Part shown: one piece after another, positions 46,961 through 55,715 of the stretch
How positions within the stretch are numbered: the first letter of the stretch is position 1
Layout of the letters: the number at the start of each line of letters is the position of its first letter
Source of the DNA: Candidatus Aenigmatarchaeota archaeon
GTDB taxonomy: Archaea; Aenigmatarchaeota; Aenigmatarchaeia; GW2011-AR5
Direction of reading: 5' to 3'
Assembly: GCA_016198685.1 (NCBI GenBank)
Contig: JACQID010000008.1
Location: 74,148 to 138,147 of the forward strand
Length of the DNA: 64,000 nt
The notes under the pieces: model-generated
The model's database searches: none
Seen by the model: only the letters and a program-made list of their open reading frames with translations
Told to the model about the DNA's origin: nothing
Made by a program: the position numbers and the translations under genes

Positions 46961-49900
46961 TCATGGCGTTGTGTCGATAAGATCTATGACAAAGTCTTGC
47001 GTCTGTCCTGCCGTGACGACGCAATCTTCAACGGTTCCTGTATATGCAGGATCTTTACATTGCGAATGATCGCTGGGCCATGACCTACCAGAAGATCCGA
47101 CATAAGCGGCTACCATGTATTTTCCTTTATTTAAGCTGCTCATCGTGTATCCAACAGTTTGATCTTTATTGGTCGGAAGCTTTTCTGGGACTTCCAGTAT
47201 TGCAGGCTCAACTTTGGTGTATCCCAATGAGGGGTCATCCTGGCTCACGAGAGTTTCTATATACACCCTTATATTGTCATATGTGCGGCCATTTGCGTTT
47301 ATCCTGACAGTACCGCTTATTGTTCCCGAAGGCACCGTTGTTGTAGCCAAGGTTTCTGCTGGAGCTGGTGTGCGTGTTCCTGTAATGAAATTCAATAGTG
47401 TACACGCGGGTCCAAAAGTGCATTCCGATTCTTGTTTCATGCTCGCAGGACCTTGCGCCGCCCCTTCAGGTGAGCTTGTGGCGCACATGCCGGTGCCGAC
47501 GTCGCACCCGAATTGGCACGTTTCGGAGAGTTCCGTGCCACAACTGGGCATCCTGTACCAGCTTTCCCTGCCGTTGTTGGTGCAGTAATATGATGCTTGG
47601 CAGTTACTCATCGTTTCGCCCGCACTTGCAACAGTCTGCGAGCCGCCGATTCTCGTGCCATAGTGGCATGTGTTCTTTTCACAGACGAGCCCCGCAACGC
47701 AGTCCGTGTCTATGGCGCATGCGGCACCATATTCTCCTTGACCAAGCGGTATCTGTTTCACTTCACCGCTCGGAATCAATACCACTTTCTGGAGCGAACC
47801 AAGAAAGTTGCTAATGCCGCATCCGAAATCGCAGGCTATGTCTGAGCTGGGTGATGCGGCGCCAGTATTGGCGATTGTGGTTGTCGTGGAGGCGGTCGCA
47901 GCAGAAGTTATATCGGTAACTGGAACTGTTGTCGTAGTGGATGAAGCGCTCGCTCCGTCAGCCGTCACAGGCTCATAGTGGCATCCGAAGACAAGGAAGG
48001 CACATACTTTCCTGCTGGGTAACCATGTCACTTCAACGGAGTCTGTGGCGATTGTGTTGCCGCTGGACGCGTCTTTGACAAAAGCGTAATAACGCATTGT
48101 CCCGTAGGAATGTTGAGTCATAGATATGGAACATGTGGTCTGGCGGCATGCTATAAGATCCCGTGGATCGGTCGCGGCTGTGGTGAGGTCCTGAATCATG
48201 ATATAGCTCTGGGAAAGCGTCTTGCTGCCATCGGACAGGGTTGCCGTGGCCGTAAGAACTACCGGATTGCCAGTAAGGGGGATTGAATTGTCTGCAGTAA
48301 GTCTGAAAGACGTTATGCCTGCCCTGGCACCCTCCTGCGTCACGGTTCGCTTCTCTATCATTGAAGGGGTGACATCAACTTCGATGACGGCTATTTCGGC
48401 TTCTATACCGAGTTTCTGTGCCTTGGCAAGCATATAGCAAGTTGTGCCTGCCGGGCATTTGCTCTCGTCTATAGTTATTGGCATGACGCAGTCTCTTGGG
48501 ATAGGATTGAGACTGTCGAAAGAGCGCGAAGCTCCTGCGCCGCCGCCGAATAAGGAATTAAATTTACTTTCCTTGAATATGTGCGGACCATTGAGCAAGA
48601 GCCTTATTAGCTCGCTAAATGCGCTGTCGGATTGTGAAATCAGGGCATAAGAGCATGAGTCTGCTGTATTTTCCTGGACGAATACCTGTCCACCTGTCTG
48701 TATATTCATGAGCCTTGGGGTGATTTCGTTTATTATTACGGGCGTATCCTGCGGGATTGTAGTTGTCGTGGATACCCTGCCGGCAACCGGCGGCAGTTCG
48801 TTGCGCGGCATCGTGGTGGTGGTTGAAGACGCCGTAGTCGACGAATAGTCGTTGCCCCACATCACGGCGGACACCTCCTTGCTCTGGGCGACTGTCGTGC
48901 CCACCGCATTAAGAACGGCAGTATAAAATCTTCTTGTTGCCGGCGTTGAGGAATAGGCAATTGTAGTGCAAGTCTTGCTTGAGCATTCTGTTATTGTCTT
49001 GCAATTCGGCGAATCGGCCGTCACGCAAGGGGTTTCTCCGGAAGTTATTTCGTATATTCTTACTTTGTATCCTTCAGGAAGTTGCGATAAATATGACGTT
49101 ACTATCCCGTTTATAGTTATGGTGCTGCCTACCGCCAAGTTTGAGCGCAAAGGCGCAATGCCTACCGAGGTTATTTCGAGATAAGTCGTTGGCGGAACCG
49201 CAGAATCCAAAGGTTTGTCCGTTGTAGTCGTTGCCGTGGTGTATGGCTTGCATGCATTGGCTTCGCATCCGTATGAGCATGATTGCCATTTTATTGTTGA
49301 GCAGTCAGCGTATCGGTAGCGGCGTTCGCTGCCGCTGCAGTAATAGCCTGCAGTGCATGTTGCAGGCGTTGTTGCGGTTGTGACTGTGATAGTTTTTGAT
49401 GTCCCGGTCACCTTTCCTGTGTCGTCGTGGACATAAACATAATAGTTATATGCTCCGGGTGCCGTTTCGGTCACATGCCATGACGTTGAGCATGATGTTT
49501 GGGTTCCCTCACACAAGTAAGATTCTGCCAAGCGGCCGCTTATCTCGATCTTGGCCACATCCTTGTCATCAGTGCCGATGCCAACAAGCGTGAATGGCTT
49601 GCCCGCCTCGGCAGTCGATGGCGCAACTATCGTTGCTTTTGGCGGCTGGTTTGTTGCCGATGCTATCGTTGTGGTCGTGCTCCTCGTGCCGACTATGCAA
49701 ATAAGTTCATCCTCATCGCAGATGAGGCCAGATGTGCATTGAGAATCCGACGTGCATGTTGAGCCCCATGTTCCCTTCGTTATTGTCGTGGTCGTGATGG
49801 TCTTGTAAACGCAGTTCCCGCCCTCGCGGTCCACTATCTCGCAGCGCAAGCCAGATGTGCATTGCGCGTCTGACGTGCAGAATGTTCCCCATCCTCCTGA

Positions 49901-50884
49901 GATCGTGGTCGTCGTGGTCGCAGGCTTTGACGGGGCGACAGATGCGCATATGCTTGAGCTTGTGACCCAGTCAAGACCGCTGCTTGTTCGGTCTTCAGAT
50001 TGGGAAGAAGAACGCGGTATTCCTGCGCTGAGGCATTTCTGTTGCGTTGCCGACCAGCCGCAAAGGGAATATATCGTGCAACCCGCGCAGGTCGTCGCCC
50101 GCGCGGCGCATTCATTGTTTCTCACTGTAACAGAACTTGGGACTGTTGTTGTCGTTGTTGTGGGCCCTGTCGATGAAACAGTTATGCTTATGGAAGAAGA
50201 TGCAGTTTTGCCCGAAGTATCATCAACAAATCCGAGTACTGTGGTCGTGCCTAGCGGGAATTCAAGCTGGCTGAACTCGACCCTGCAAGAAGTCTGTATT
50301 CCTGAGCAATCGTAATCTTCAGAATGACCGTTATATAGAATCGAGAGACTGGCGATATCCCTGTCATCATTCCCTACTATGGTGATTGACCCCTTTTCGC
50401 CGACCGTCAACATTGTTTTTGCCGCGTACATGGAGATTGTAGGCTTGGCGCTATCGGCTATTGTGGTTGCTGTAGGGCTTGGTTTGCATGTTCCTGCCGC
50501 GGCATCGCAGCCATAAGTGCAATATTGATCAAAAATTTGCGAGCAATCTGAATTCTTCTTATATCGGTCATATCCATTCAAGCTACATACATATCCCGGG
50601 GTGCATGTTGTGGCCGTGTCAGGCTTTACGCAATATTTGATTTCGCTGCCGTCACCCACATCTTTGCATATCATTTTGATGCCAGAACCGGATATTGTTG
50701 TAGTGTAACCACATTCAGCATCGCCGTCACATTTGTAAGCGTACGGCTTTGTGCATGTATCAACTTTCCCATCGGCGACATTTCCGCAGGGATCGACTGC
50801 TGCAAAGGATGGGGAAAATATAACAGCAATCAGAAGGAATGCCGCAAAAAATGCGATTTGAAGAAACTTTCGGGTAAATCGCAT
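46961..50884 (-). CDS. 1307-aa secreted modular Cys/Thr-rich surface protein
   Basis: Signal peptide, repeated six-Cys modules (CTSDAQC..GL.C...C; C..GYYC...C..GC...C), PSI-like CGW module, Ig-like domains, poly-Thr linkers. Confidence 0.8.
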   Translation of the reverse strand: MRFTRKFLQIAFFAAFLLIAVIFSPSFAAVDPCGNVADGKVDTCTKPYAYKCDGDAECGYTTTISGSGIKMICKDVGDGSEIKYCVKPDTATTCTPGYVCSLNGYDRYKKNSDCSQIFDQYCTYGCDAAAGTCKPSPTATTIADSAKPTISMYAAKTMLTVGEKGSITIVGNDDRDIASLSILYNGHSEDYDCSGIQTSCRVEFSQLEFPLGTTTVLGFVDDTSGKTASSSISITVSSTGPTTTTTTVPSSVTVRNNECAARATTCAGCTIYSLCGWSATQQKCLSAGIPRSSSQSEDRTSSGLDWVTSSSICASVAPSKPATTTTTISGGWGTFCTSDAQCTSGLRCEIVDREGGNCVYKTITTTTITKGTWGSTCTSDSQCTSGLICDEDELICIVGTRSTTTTIASATNQPPKATIVAPSTAEAGKPFTLVGIGTDDKDVAKIEISGRLAESYLCEGTQTSCSTSWHVTETAPGAYNYYVYVHDDTGKVTGTSKTITVTTATTPATCTAGYYCSGSERRYRYADCSTIKWQSCSYGCEANACKPYTTATTTTDKPLDSAVPPTTYLEITSVGIAPLRSNLAVGSTITINGIVTSYLSQLPEGYKVRIYEITSGETPCVTADSPNCKTITECSSKTCTTIAYSSTPATRRFYTAVLNAVGTTVAQSKEVSAVMWGNDYSSTTASSTTTTMPRNELPPVAGRVSTTTTIPQDTPVIINEITPRLMNIQTGGQVFVQENTADSCSYALISQSDSAFSELIRLLLNGPHIFKESKFNSLFGGGAGASRSFDSLNPIPRDCVMPITIDESKCPAGTTCYMLAKAQKLGIEAEIAVIEVDVTPSMIEKRTVTQEGARAGITSFRLTADNSIPLTGNPVVLTATATLSDGSKTLSQSYIMIQDLTTAATDPRDLIACRQTTCSISMTQHSYGTMRYYAFVKDASSGNTIATDSVEVTWLPSRKVCAFLVFGCHYEPVTADGASASSTTTTVPVTDITSAATASTTTTIANTGAASPSSDIACDFGCGISNFLGSLQKVVLIPSGEVKQIPLGQGEYGAACAIDTDCVAGLVCEKNTCHYGTRIGGSQTVASAGETMSNCQASYYCTNNGRESWYRMPSCGTELSETCQFGCDVGTGMCATSSPEGAAQGPASMKQESECTFGPACTLLNFITGTRTPAPAETLATTTVPSGTISGTVRINANGRTYDNIRVYIETLVSQDDPSLGYTKVEPAILEVPEKLPTNKDQTVGYTMSSLNKGKYMVAAYVGSSGRSWPSDHSQCKDPAYTGTVEDCVVTAGQTQDFVIDLIDTTP
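49241..49402. repeat. 162-nt dispersed repeat, copy 1 (copy 2 at 63188-63349)
   Basis: Only 3 mismatches, including an 88-nt identical run. A further 64-nt identical block lies at 49666-49729 = 63616-63679. Confidence 0.9.
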
Positions 50885-50915
50885 GCGTAATAATGCATGA
50901 GGCTGAATAAATAGC

Positions 50916-51470
50916 TTATTTAGGTAATTTGACTTTCAAATCCCTAAGTTTCTTCTCAAGCTTGTCAACCGCGTCCTTGACCTGAGTCAGGCTCTTTGCG
51001 CCTGCGCATACGACGCGGCCGGAAGAGAAGAGCAGGAACGCTACCTTGGGGTCAGGTATTCTATAAACAAGTCCCGGGAACTGCTCAGGCTCATATTCAC
51101 TGTCCTCAAGCTGGAACGCCAGTTGATCTAAGTTCAACTCTGCGCCTAAATCAATGGCAACAACGATATTTTCTATTTTGACCTTCAATTTTGTTTCGTC
51201 AACACGCAAGCCTATCTTCTTTATCTTGCCAACGACAATCTGAAGCGCCTCTTTCGCGGCATTGGTGCTTCTTGCGCCTACGCAGATGATTTTGCCGGAT
51301 CGGAAAATAAGAGTGGCAACTTTAGGGTTGTCCAAGCGATATACAAGTCCCGGGAACTGCTCAGGCTCATATTCAGACGCTTCCATTATGGTCAAAAGCT
51401 TGTCAAGGGAAATTATTTTATCTATCTGGGTAGAAGCCACTACGTTTTCAACTTTTATTTTTACAGCCAT
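50916..51470 (-). CDS. tbp: TATA-box-binding protein
   Basis: Two repeats of ENxVxx...YEPEQFPGLVYR...LxFxSGxxxCxGA. Confidence 0.96.
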   Translation of the reverse strand: MAVKIKVENVVASTQIDKIISLDKLLTIMEASEYEPEQFPGLVYRLDNPKVATLIFRSGKIICVGARSTNAAKEALQIVVGKIKKIGLRVDETKLKVKIENIVVAIDLGAELNLDQLAFQLEDSEYEPEQFPGLVYRIPDPKVAFLLFSSGRVVCAGAKSLTQVKDAVDKLEKKLRDLKVKLPK

Positions 51471-51540
51471 GATATCCCCAGAATTTTGTGCATTATGCAC
51501 AATATTACTTTTTATATGGTATGAAGTATTTAAATACTAA

Positions 51541-51924
51541 ATGCTGTACAGAAATATTTTTCGTGTAACAATGCCTGCAGGCATGAGCCATGTTGACATT
51601 ACGGATCATATCAATGAAGCAATAATTCAGTCCGGAATACAGGACGGCCTCTGCTCTATATTTGTTTCATCTCCTGTCTGTGGCATGATGGTAGGTGAAG
51701 CACACAGGCTGCTCATGGAAGACTTCAAAAATTTCTTCCGCATTGTTGATGAAAAAAAGATATACGCATATCCAAGCAATGCGCATTCGAGGATACGGGC
51801 ATCAATGCTGCCGCGAGATGTCAATGTTCCCGTTTCCTCAGGAAAGCTTTCTGCAAGCGGCGTAAGCTTATGGGAATTTGGAGAAGGAGGAGAGCGCGAA
51901 ATTGTGGTAACTATTTCATTTTAG
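51541..51924 (+). CDS. YjbQ/UPF0047-family protein, divergent
   Basis: VDITDHINEAI..SGIQDGLCSIFV, NAHSRIRASM and WEF...REIVV motifs. Confidence 0.7.
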   Translation: MLYRNIFRVTMPAGMSHVDITDHINEAIIQSGIQDGLCSIFVSSPVCGMMVGEAHRLLMEDFKNFFRIVDEKKIYAYPSNAHSRIRASMLPRDVNVPVSSGKLSASGVSLWEFGEGGEREIVVTISF

Positions 51925-52468
51925 AAGAAAACCATCGCGCAAATTTTCTGGCGGCCATAGCCCTGTGAGATATTTTATTCTTCTCTTCTGCGGACATACA
52001 AGAAACAGGTTCCTCCTTTCCTTCGGGAACGAAAATTCTCTCATATGGCAGGTCTTTTCTGGCATCAGGGCCGGGATTTTCAAGTATGGATCCTTTCATT
52101 TCTCCCTGAAACAATTTCATTTCAGAGCCGTCGTTATAGCATATCACGGTACGGAATGCCGCCTCCCGCGATTTTCCTTTGAGCGCCTTCATGATGCCGT
52201 CAAAGCCTAATTCCTGAAAAACCCGTTTTGCCTTATGGCCGGGAAAATTATGACATGATGTAAAGAATATGCCGGTGTCATCGACTATAAGCGGCTTTTT
52301 TATGCTCTTGTATGCCTCTCGCGCCTTCAGGCGGGCTATCTCTTCCAATGACACTCCTTCCTCATTAACATCCAAACTGAATTGCTCATACTCTATGTTG
52401 TATTCACTCAAAATAGAAGATATCTCGGAGTACTTGTCGTTGTTGCCGGTTACTATGAATATTTTCAT
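51911..52468 (-). CDS. rdgB: Non-canonical purine NTP pyrophosphatase (ITPase/HAM1)
   Basis: VTGNNDK, VDDTG, FPG, YERIFVPEG and KNKISHR motifs. Confidence 0.9.
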   Translation of the reverse strand: MKIFIVTGNNDKYSEISSILSEYNIEYEQFSLDVNEEGVSLEEIARLKAREAYKSIKKPLIVDDTGIFFTSCHNFPGHKAKRVFQELGFDGIMKALKGKSREAAFRTVICYNDGSEMKLFQGEMKGSILENPGPDARKDLPYERIFVPEGKEEPVSCMSAEEKNKISHRAMAARKFARWFSSKMK

Positions 52469-53325
52469 GAATTGTCCCGTCTTATGGCTTCGGCAATCAG
52501 GCTTCCTGTGGGTATTACAGAAAGCGCCGAATCAACCGTATCGCATGCAAAGAAACCATCAGCTTCCTTCGATACGTTGAATATTCCTCTTTGCGTTATA
52601 GGATGCACAACCGCGCATTGTATGCGGCGGGCGCCTGCTTCTCTTGCAAGACGAAGCGCATTAAGCATAGTTTTTCCTGAGCTTACAATATCATCAACTA
52701 TTATGACCTCGCGGCCCCGTGCATCAAGACCGCCCGCATCTGTCGTGATTTCGCCGGTTCCCCTGTCCCTTGTTTTTCTCATGACAGCAACATCGCCCTC
52801 TATTTCACGGGCAACAGTCTGTGCGCCGCGGGCGGCCTTCTCATCCGGCGCTATGACGAGGGCGCCTTTAGCTCCTGCCGAAAAGAAATATTTGCCTATT
52901 GCGACAAAGCCATCGATATTCTTTACAGCTCCAAAATCATTGGACGTGTGGCTTTCTACTACATATATTTTTCCGGCTCCTGCGTGCCTGAGGAATTCAA
53001 TCATGTATTTAGCCGAGAAAGGCTCACCTTTTCTGAATGCCTTATCCTGCCTGCTATAGACAAAATATGGCATGACGACGTCTACTGTTTCTGCACCCAT
53101 ATCCTTAAGGGTCTTTATTTCCAAAAAAAGCTCAATAATATAGGCATTAGGATCAACAGGCACTTTCATCCGTTCGACAAGCAAGACTTTGCCCGAAAAT
53201 TCGGTTTTCAGAAACCTTGGTCTGACCTCAAAATCTGGAAAGACGGTTTTTTCTATAGAGACAAATTCACAATTAAGTAATGTGGCGATGGTCTCAGCAA
53301 AACTATCTGAGCCGCAGACCTGCAT
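52465..53325 (-). CDS. prs: Ribose-phosphate pyrophosphokinase (archaeal type)
   Basis: FPDFE, PYFVYSRQDK.F..GE, APDEKA and IIVDDIVSSGKT motifs. Confidence 0.88.
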   Translation of the reverse strand: MQVCGSDSFAETIATLLNCEFVSIEKTVFPDFEVRPRFLKTEFSGKVLLVERMKVPVDPNAYIIELFLEIKTLKDMGAETVDVVMPYFVYSRQDKAFRKGEPFSAKYMIEFLRHAGAGKIYVVESHTSNDFGAVKNIDGFVAIGKYFFSAGAKGALVIAPDEKAARGAQTVAREIEGDVAVMRKTRDRGTGEITTDAGGLDARGREVIIVDDIVSSGKTMLNALRLAREAGARRIQCAVVHPITQRGIFNVSKEADGFFACDTVDSALSVIPTGSLIAEAIRRDNS

Positions 53326-53326
53326 A

Positions 53327-53485
53327 CTAAGGACCCTTAAAACCGCATTTCGTGCACGCGTACTCGCTGTTTCTTCTCCTGCATTTTATGCACCTAACAA
53401 TTTCCTCTTCCATGCAGGATGGGCAAGGAAAACGGGTAAACTTGTCTTCCGAGACCAAATTTATGTGGCACGATACGCATTTCAT
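53327..53485 (-). CDS. Small double Zn-ribbon protein (DUF1610-like)
   Basis: MKCVSC...FPCPSC...IVRCIKCRR....YACTKCGFKGP. Confidence 0.85.
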   Translation of the reverse strand: MKCVSCHINLVSEDKFTRFPCPSCMEEEIVRCIKCRRRNSEYACTKCGFKGP

Positions 53486-53690
53486 GACTATCAGAACATA
53501 GATGAAGATAATCTTTTTATAGTTAACCAAATTTACCTGCAATTTTATCTTCATTAACTATAGAATGATGGCATTCTATGGCATGACATTTAGATATCTT
53601 ACATGTCCATGCTGTGTATGTAAAAGGCGTTAAAACGCTTAAACTATATGTTTTTCAGTATAAAAGATTGTAATAGCCTTAATTATACAC

Positions 53691-53821
53691 GCCCTTGTAG
53701 TCTAGCTTGGATAGGACGAGAGCTTGCGGAATGCCCGTGACCCATAATTATGGATTGCAACTCGCGAAGTGAGGGGCATTGCGAATAGCTTTAGACCCGG
53801 GTTCGAATCCCGGCGGGGGCA
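53691..53821 (+). tRNA. tRNA-Arg(GCG) with a 57-nt intron at 37/38 (53730-53786)
   Basis: Acceptor GCCCTTG/CGGGGGC, AGAGC/GCTTT stem, BHB core TTGC/GCGA, intron helix ATGCCC/GGGCAT. Confidence 0.92.
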
Positions 53822-54528
53822 TGATTATGAAATCTCTTAATGGCGGGATAATATATTCCTTCATAATCCCGACAAGAAACGAGCAGGATTACCTGAAAGG
53901 CTGTATGGATTCTATTAAGAGGCAAACAGCCAGCAACTGGGAGATAATTGTAGTCGATGGTCTTTCGCAGGACGGCACTGTCGCTGATGCGAAACAGGAG
54001 GGCGCAAGAATCGTTTACGAGAAGAAAAAAGGCCCGTCTGTTGCAAGGAACGCAGGCGCCCGCGCAGCAAAAGGCAGCATCCTGATTTTTACGGATGCTG
54101 ATGTAAGATTTCCTCCTGATTTCATTGAGAAGCTCGGGAAGATGAGGGGCGGCTGCATGTTCGATTTAAGGTTCTGGGATGCCGGCATTGTAGGAAATTT
54201 GATACTCGCCTCATGGAACATCATGCTAAGGCTCTTCATGGCTGCGGGCATGACCGCAACAAACGGTTCTTGTCTTGCCTTTGACCGCAAGACGTTTGAA
54301 CAGGTCGGGGGGTTTCGTGATGATCTGCTTACTAACGAAGATCATGACATAGCCATACGCACGGCAAAGGCCCAAGGCTTCTTTTTCTGCCCTCTGAAAG
54401 TTCTCACATCTGCACGCAGAATAAGGAGGACCGGCATCCTCGGTTATATAGGCATTCATTTCACGAATACCAAGAACTACATGGTGCACGGCGCATCTAA
54501 CCCCGACTACTGGAATCATGAGAAATGA
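53821..54528 (+). CDS. Family 2 glycosyltransferase
   Basis: SFIIPTRNE, VVDGLSQDGT, ARNAGA, FTDAD, GGF and EDHD motifs. Confidence 0.9.
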   Translation: MIMKSLNGGIIYSFIIPTRNEQDYLKGCMDSIKRQTASNWEIIVVDGLSQDGTVADAKQEGARIVYEKKKGPSVARNAGARAAKGSILIFTDADVRFPPDFIEKLGKMRGGCMFDLRFWDAGIVGNLILASWNIMLRLFMAAGMTATNGSCLAFDRKTFEQVGGFRDDLLTNEDHDIAIRTAKAQGFFFCPLKVLTSARRIRRTGILGYIGIHFTNTKNYMVHGASNPDYWNHEK

Positions 54529-54593
54529 TTGCCGCAAGCGCTGAAGGGAGTTCAACAAGCCCGTCGCTTCCGCTGAAATGCCCTTTTCAATTC

Positions 54594-55712
54594 TCATCCT
54601 TTCAAGACTTCATTATACAACGACTCGAGTTTTTGTGCGCAGAATTTTATGTCGTATTTTTTCCTGATCGCCGTGGTCTGTAGCCTTGTTCTTGTCGTCA
54701 GGTATTTGCGTACGGCAGACGCAAAAGTCTTTGCGGTCGCAACATGGCCTATCTTGTTTTCGCGGACGAAATCACCGACAACAGGAGCTTCCATAACAAC
54801 GCATGGAAGTCCTGCGAACGCGGCTTCAAGAAGCACCAAACCCTGCGTTTCTGTCTCAGATGCCATGACAAATACGTCAGCGGCATGATAGAAGCCTTGG
54901 AGTTCCTGCTCCCTGAGGTAGCCTGTGAAAATTACATTATCTTCTATGCCCAGTTCTCGTGATTTTTCTTCAAGCCTCTTGCGATAAGGCCCGTCTGATG
55001 TCACTACAAGCGCGGCATCGCCTTTTGCAAGCACTGGACGGAGCATCGTCATGATTTGCCCTATCTTTTTTTCTTCTGTGATGCGGCCTACATGGAGTAT
55101 AATTTTCTTTGCCAGGCCGAACTTCTTCTTGACGCCCTTGTCATAGCTCTTCGTATGCGCGTCTATGCCAGTAGGCAGTACATGAACGTTCTTTATTCCG
55201 TTTTTCTTGAGCACGCCACGTATGCCTTCTGTCGGAGCTATCACGGCATCGCATTTGTTGTAGAAACTTCTAAGATACGACCATGACATATTTTTCAGGT
55301 AAGATTTTATCCATTTGACCTGCATCAGGCGTTTGTTTGTCACAAGATAATGCAGATATTCCGGAAAAAGCGTATGGAATGTGCCCACTACGGGAATCTT
55401 GCGTTTTCTTGCAAACATAAGGCCGGCAAGCCCTGTAGTAAAGGGACTGTGCACGTGCACGATATCAAAGCGAACCTTGCTGAAAAGGTTGTCATAAATC
55501 ATGCTGTGGGGCAGGGCAATCCTATAGCCCGGGTAATTCTTGAATTCAATCGAGGAGAAGCCATAGGAGAATTTATCCCCTGTTTTTGACGGTGATAATA
55601 TGTAAACGGAATGCCTCTTTCGCAGTTCCTTTGCGAAAAGGTCTATCGAGCGCACAACTCCGTTTATCTGGGGCTTGTACGTATCGGTAAAGAACGCCAT
55701 TTTCATGTTCAT
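54594..55712 (-). CDS. Family 4 glycosyltransferase
   Basis: FTDTYKPQINGV, HVHSPF, VGRITEEK and ETQGLVLLEA motifs. Confidence 0.92.
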   Translation of the reverse strand: MNMKMAFFTDTYKPQINGVVRSIDLFAKELRKRHSVYILSPSKTGDKFSYGFSSIEFKNYPGYRIALPHSMIYDNLFSKVRFDIVHVHSPFTTGLAGLMFARKRKIPVVGTFHTLFPEYLHYLVTNKRLMQVKWIKSYLKNMSWSYLRSFYNKCDAVIAPTEGIRGVLKKNGIKNVHVLPTGIDAHTKSYDKGVKKKFGLAKKIILHVGRITEEKKIGQIMTMLRPVLAKGDAALVVTSDGPYRKRLEEKSRELGIEDNVIFTGYLREQELQGFYHAADVFVMASETETQGLVLLEAAFAGLPCVVMEAPVVGDFVRENKIGHVATAKTFASAVRKYLTTRTRLQTTAIRKKYDIKFCAQKLESLYNEVLKG

Positions 55713-55715
55713 CGC

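Noticed and set aside
47860-50170. ACA/ACG-type microsatellites as phase-variation tracts
   Set aside because: They are mixed-codon poly-Thr linkers rather than pure nucleotide repeats.
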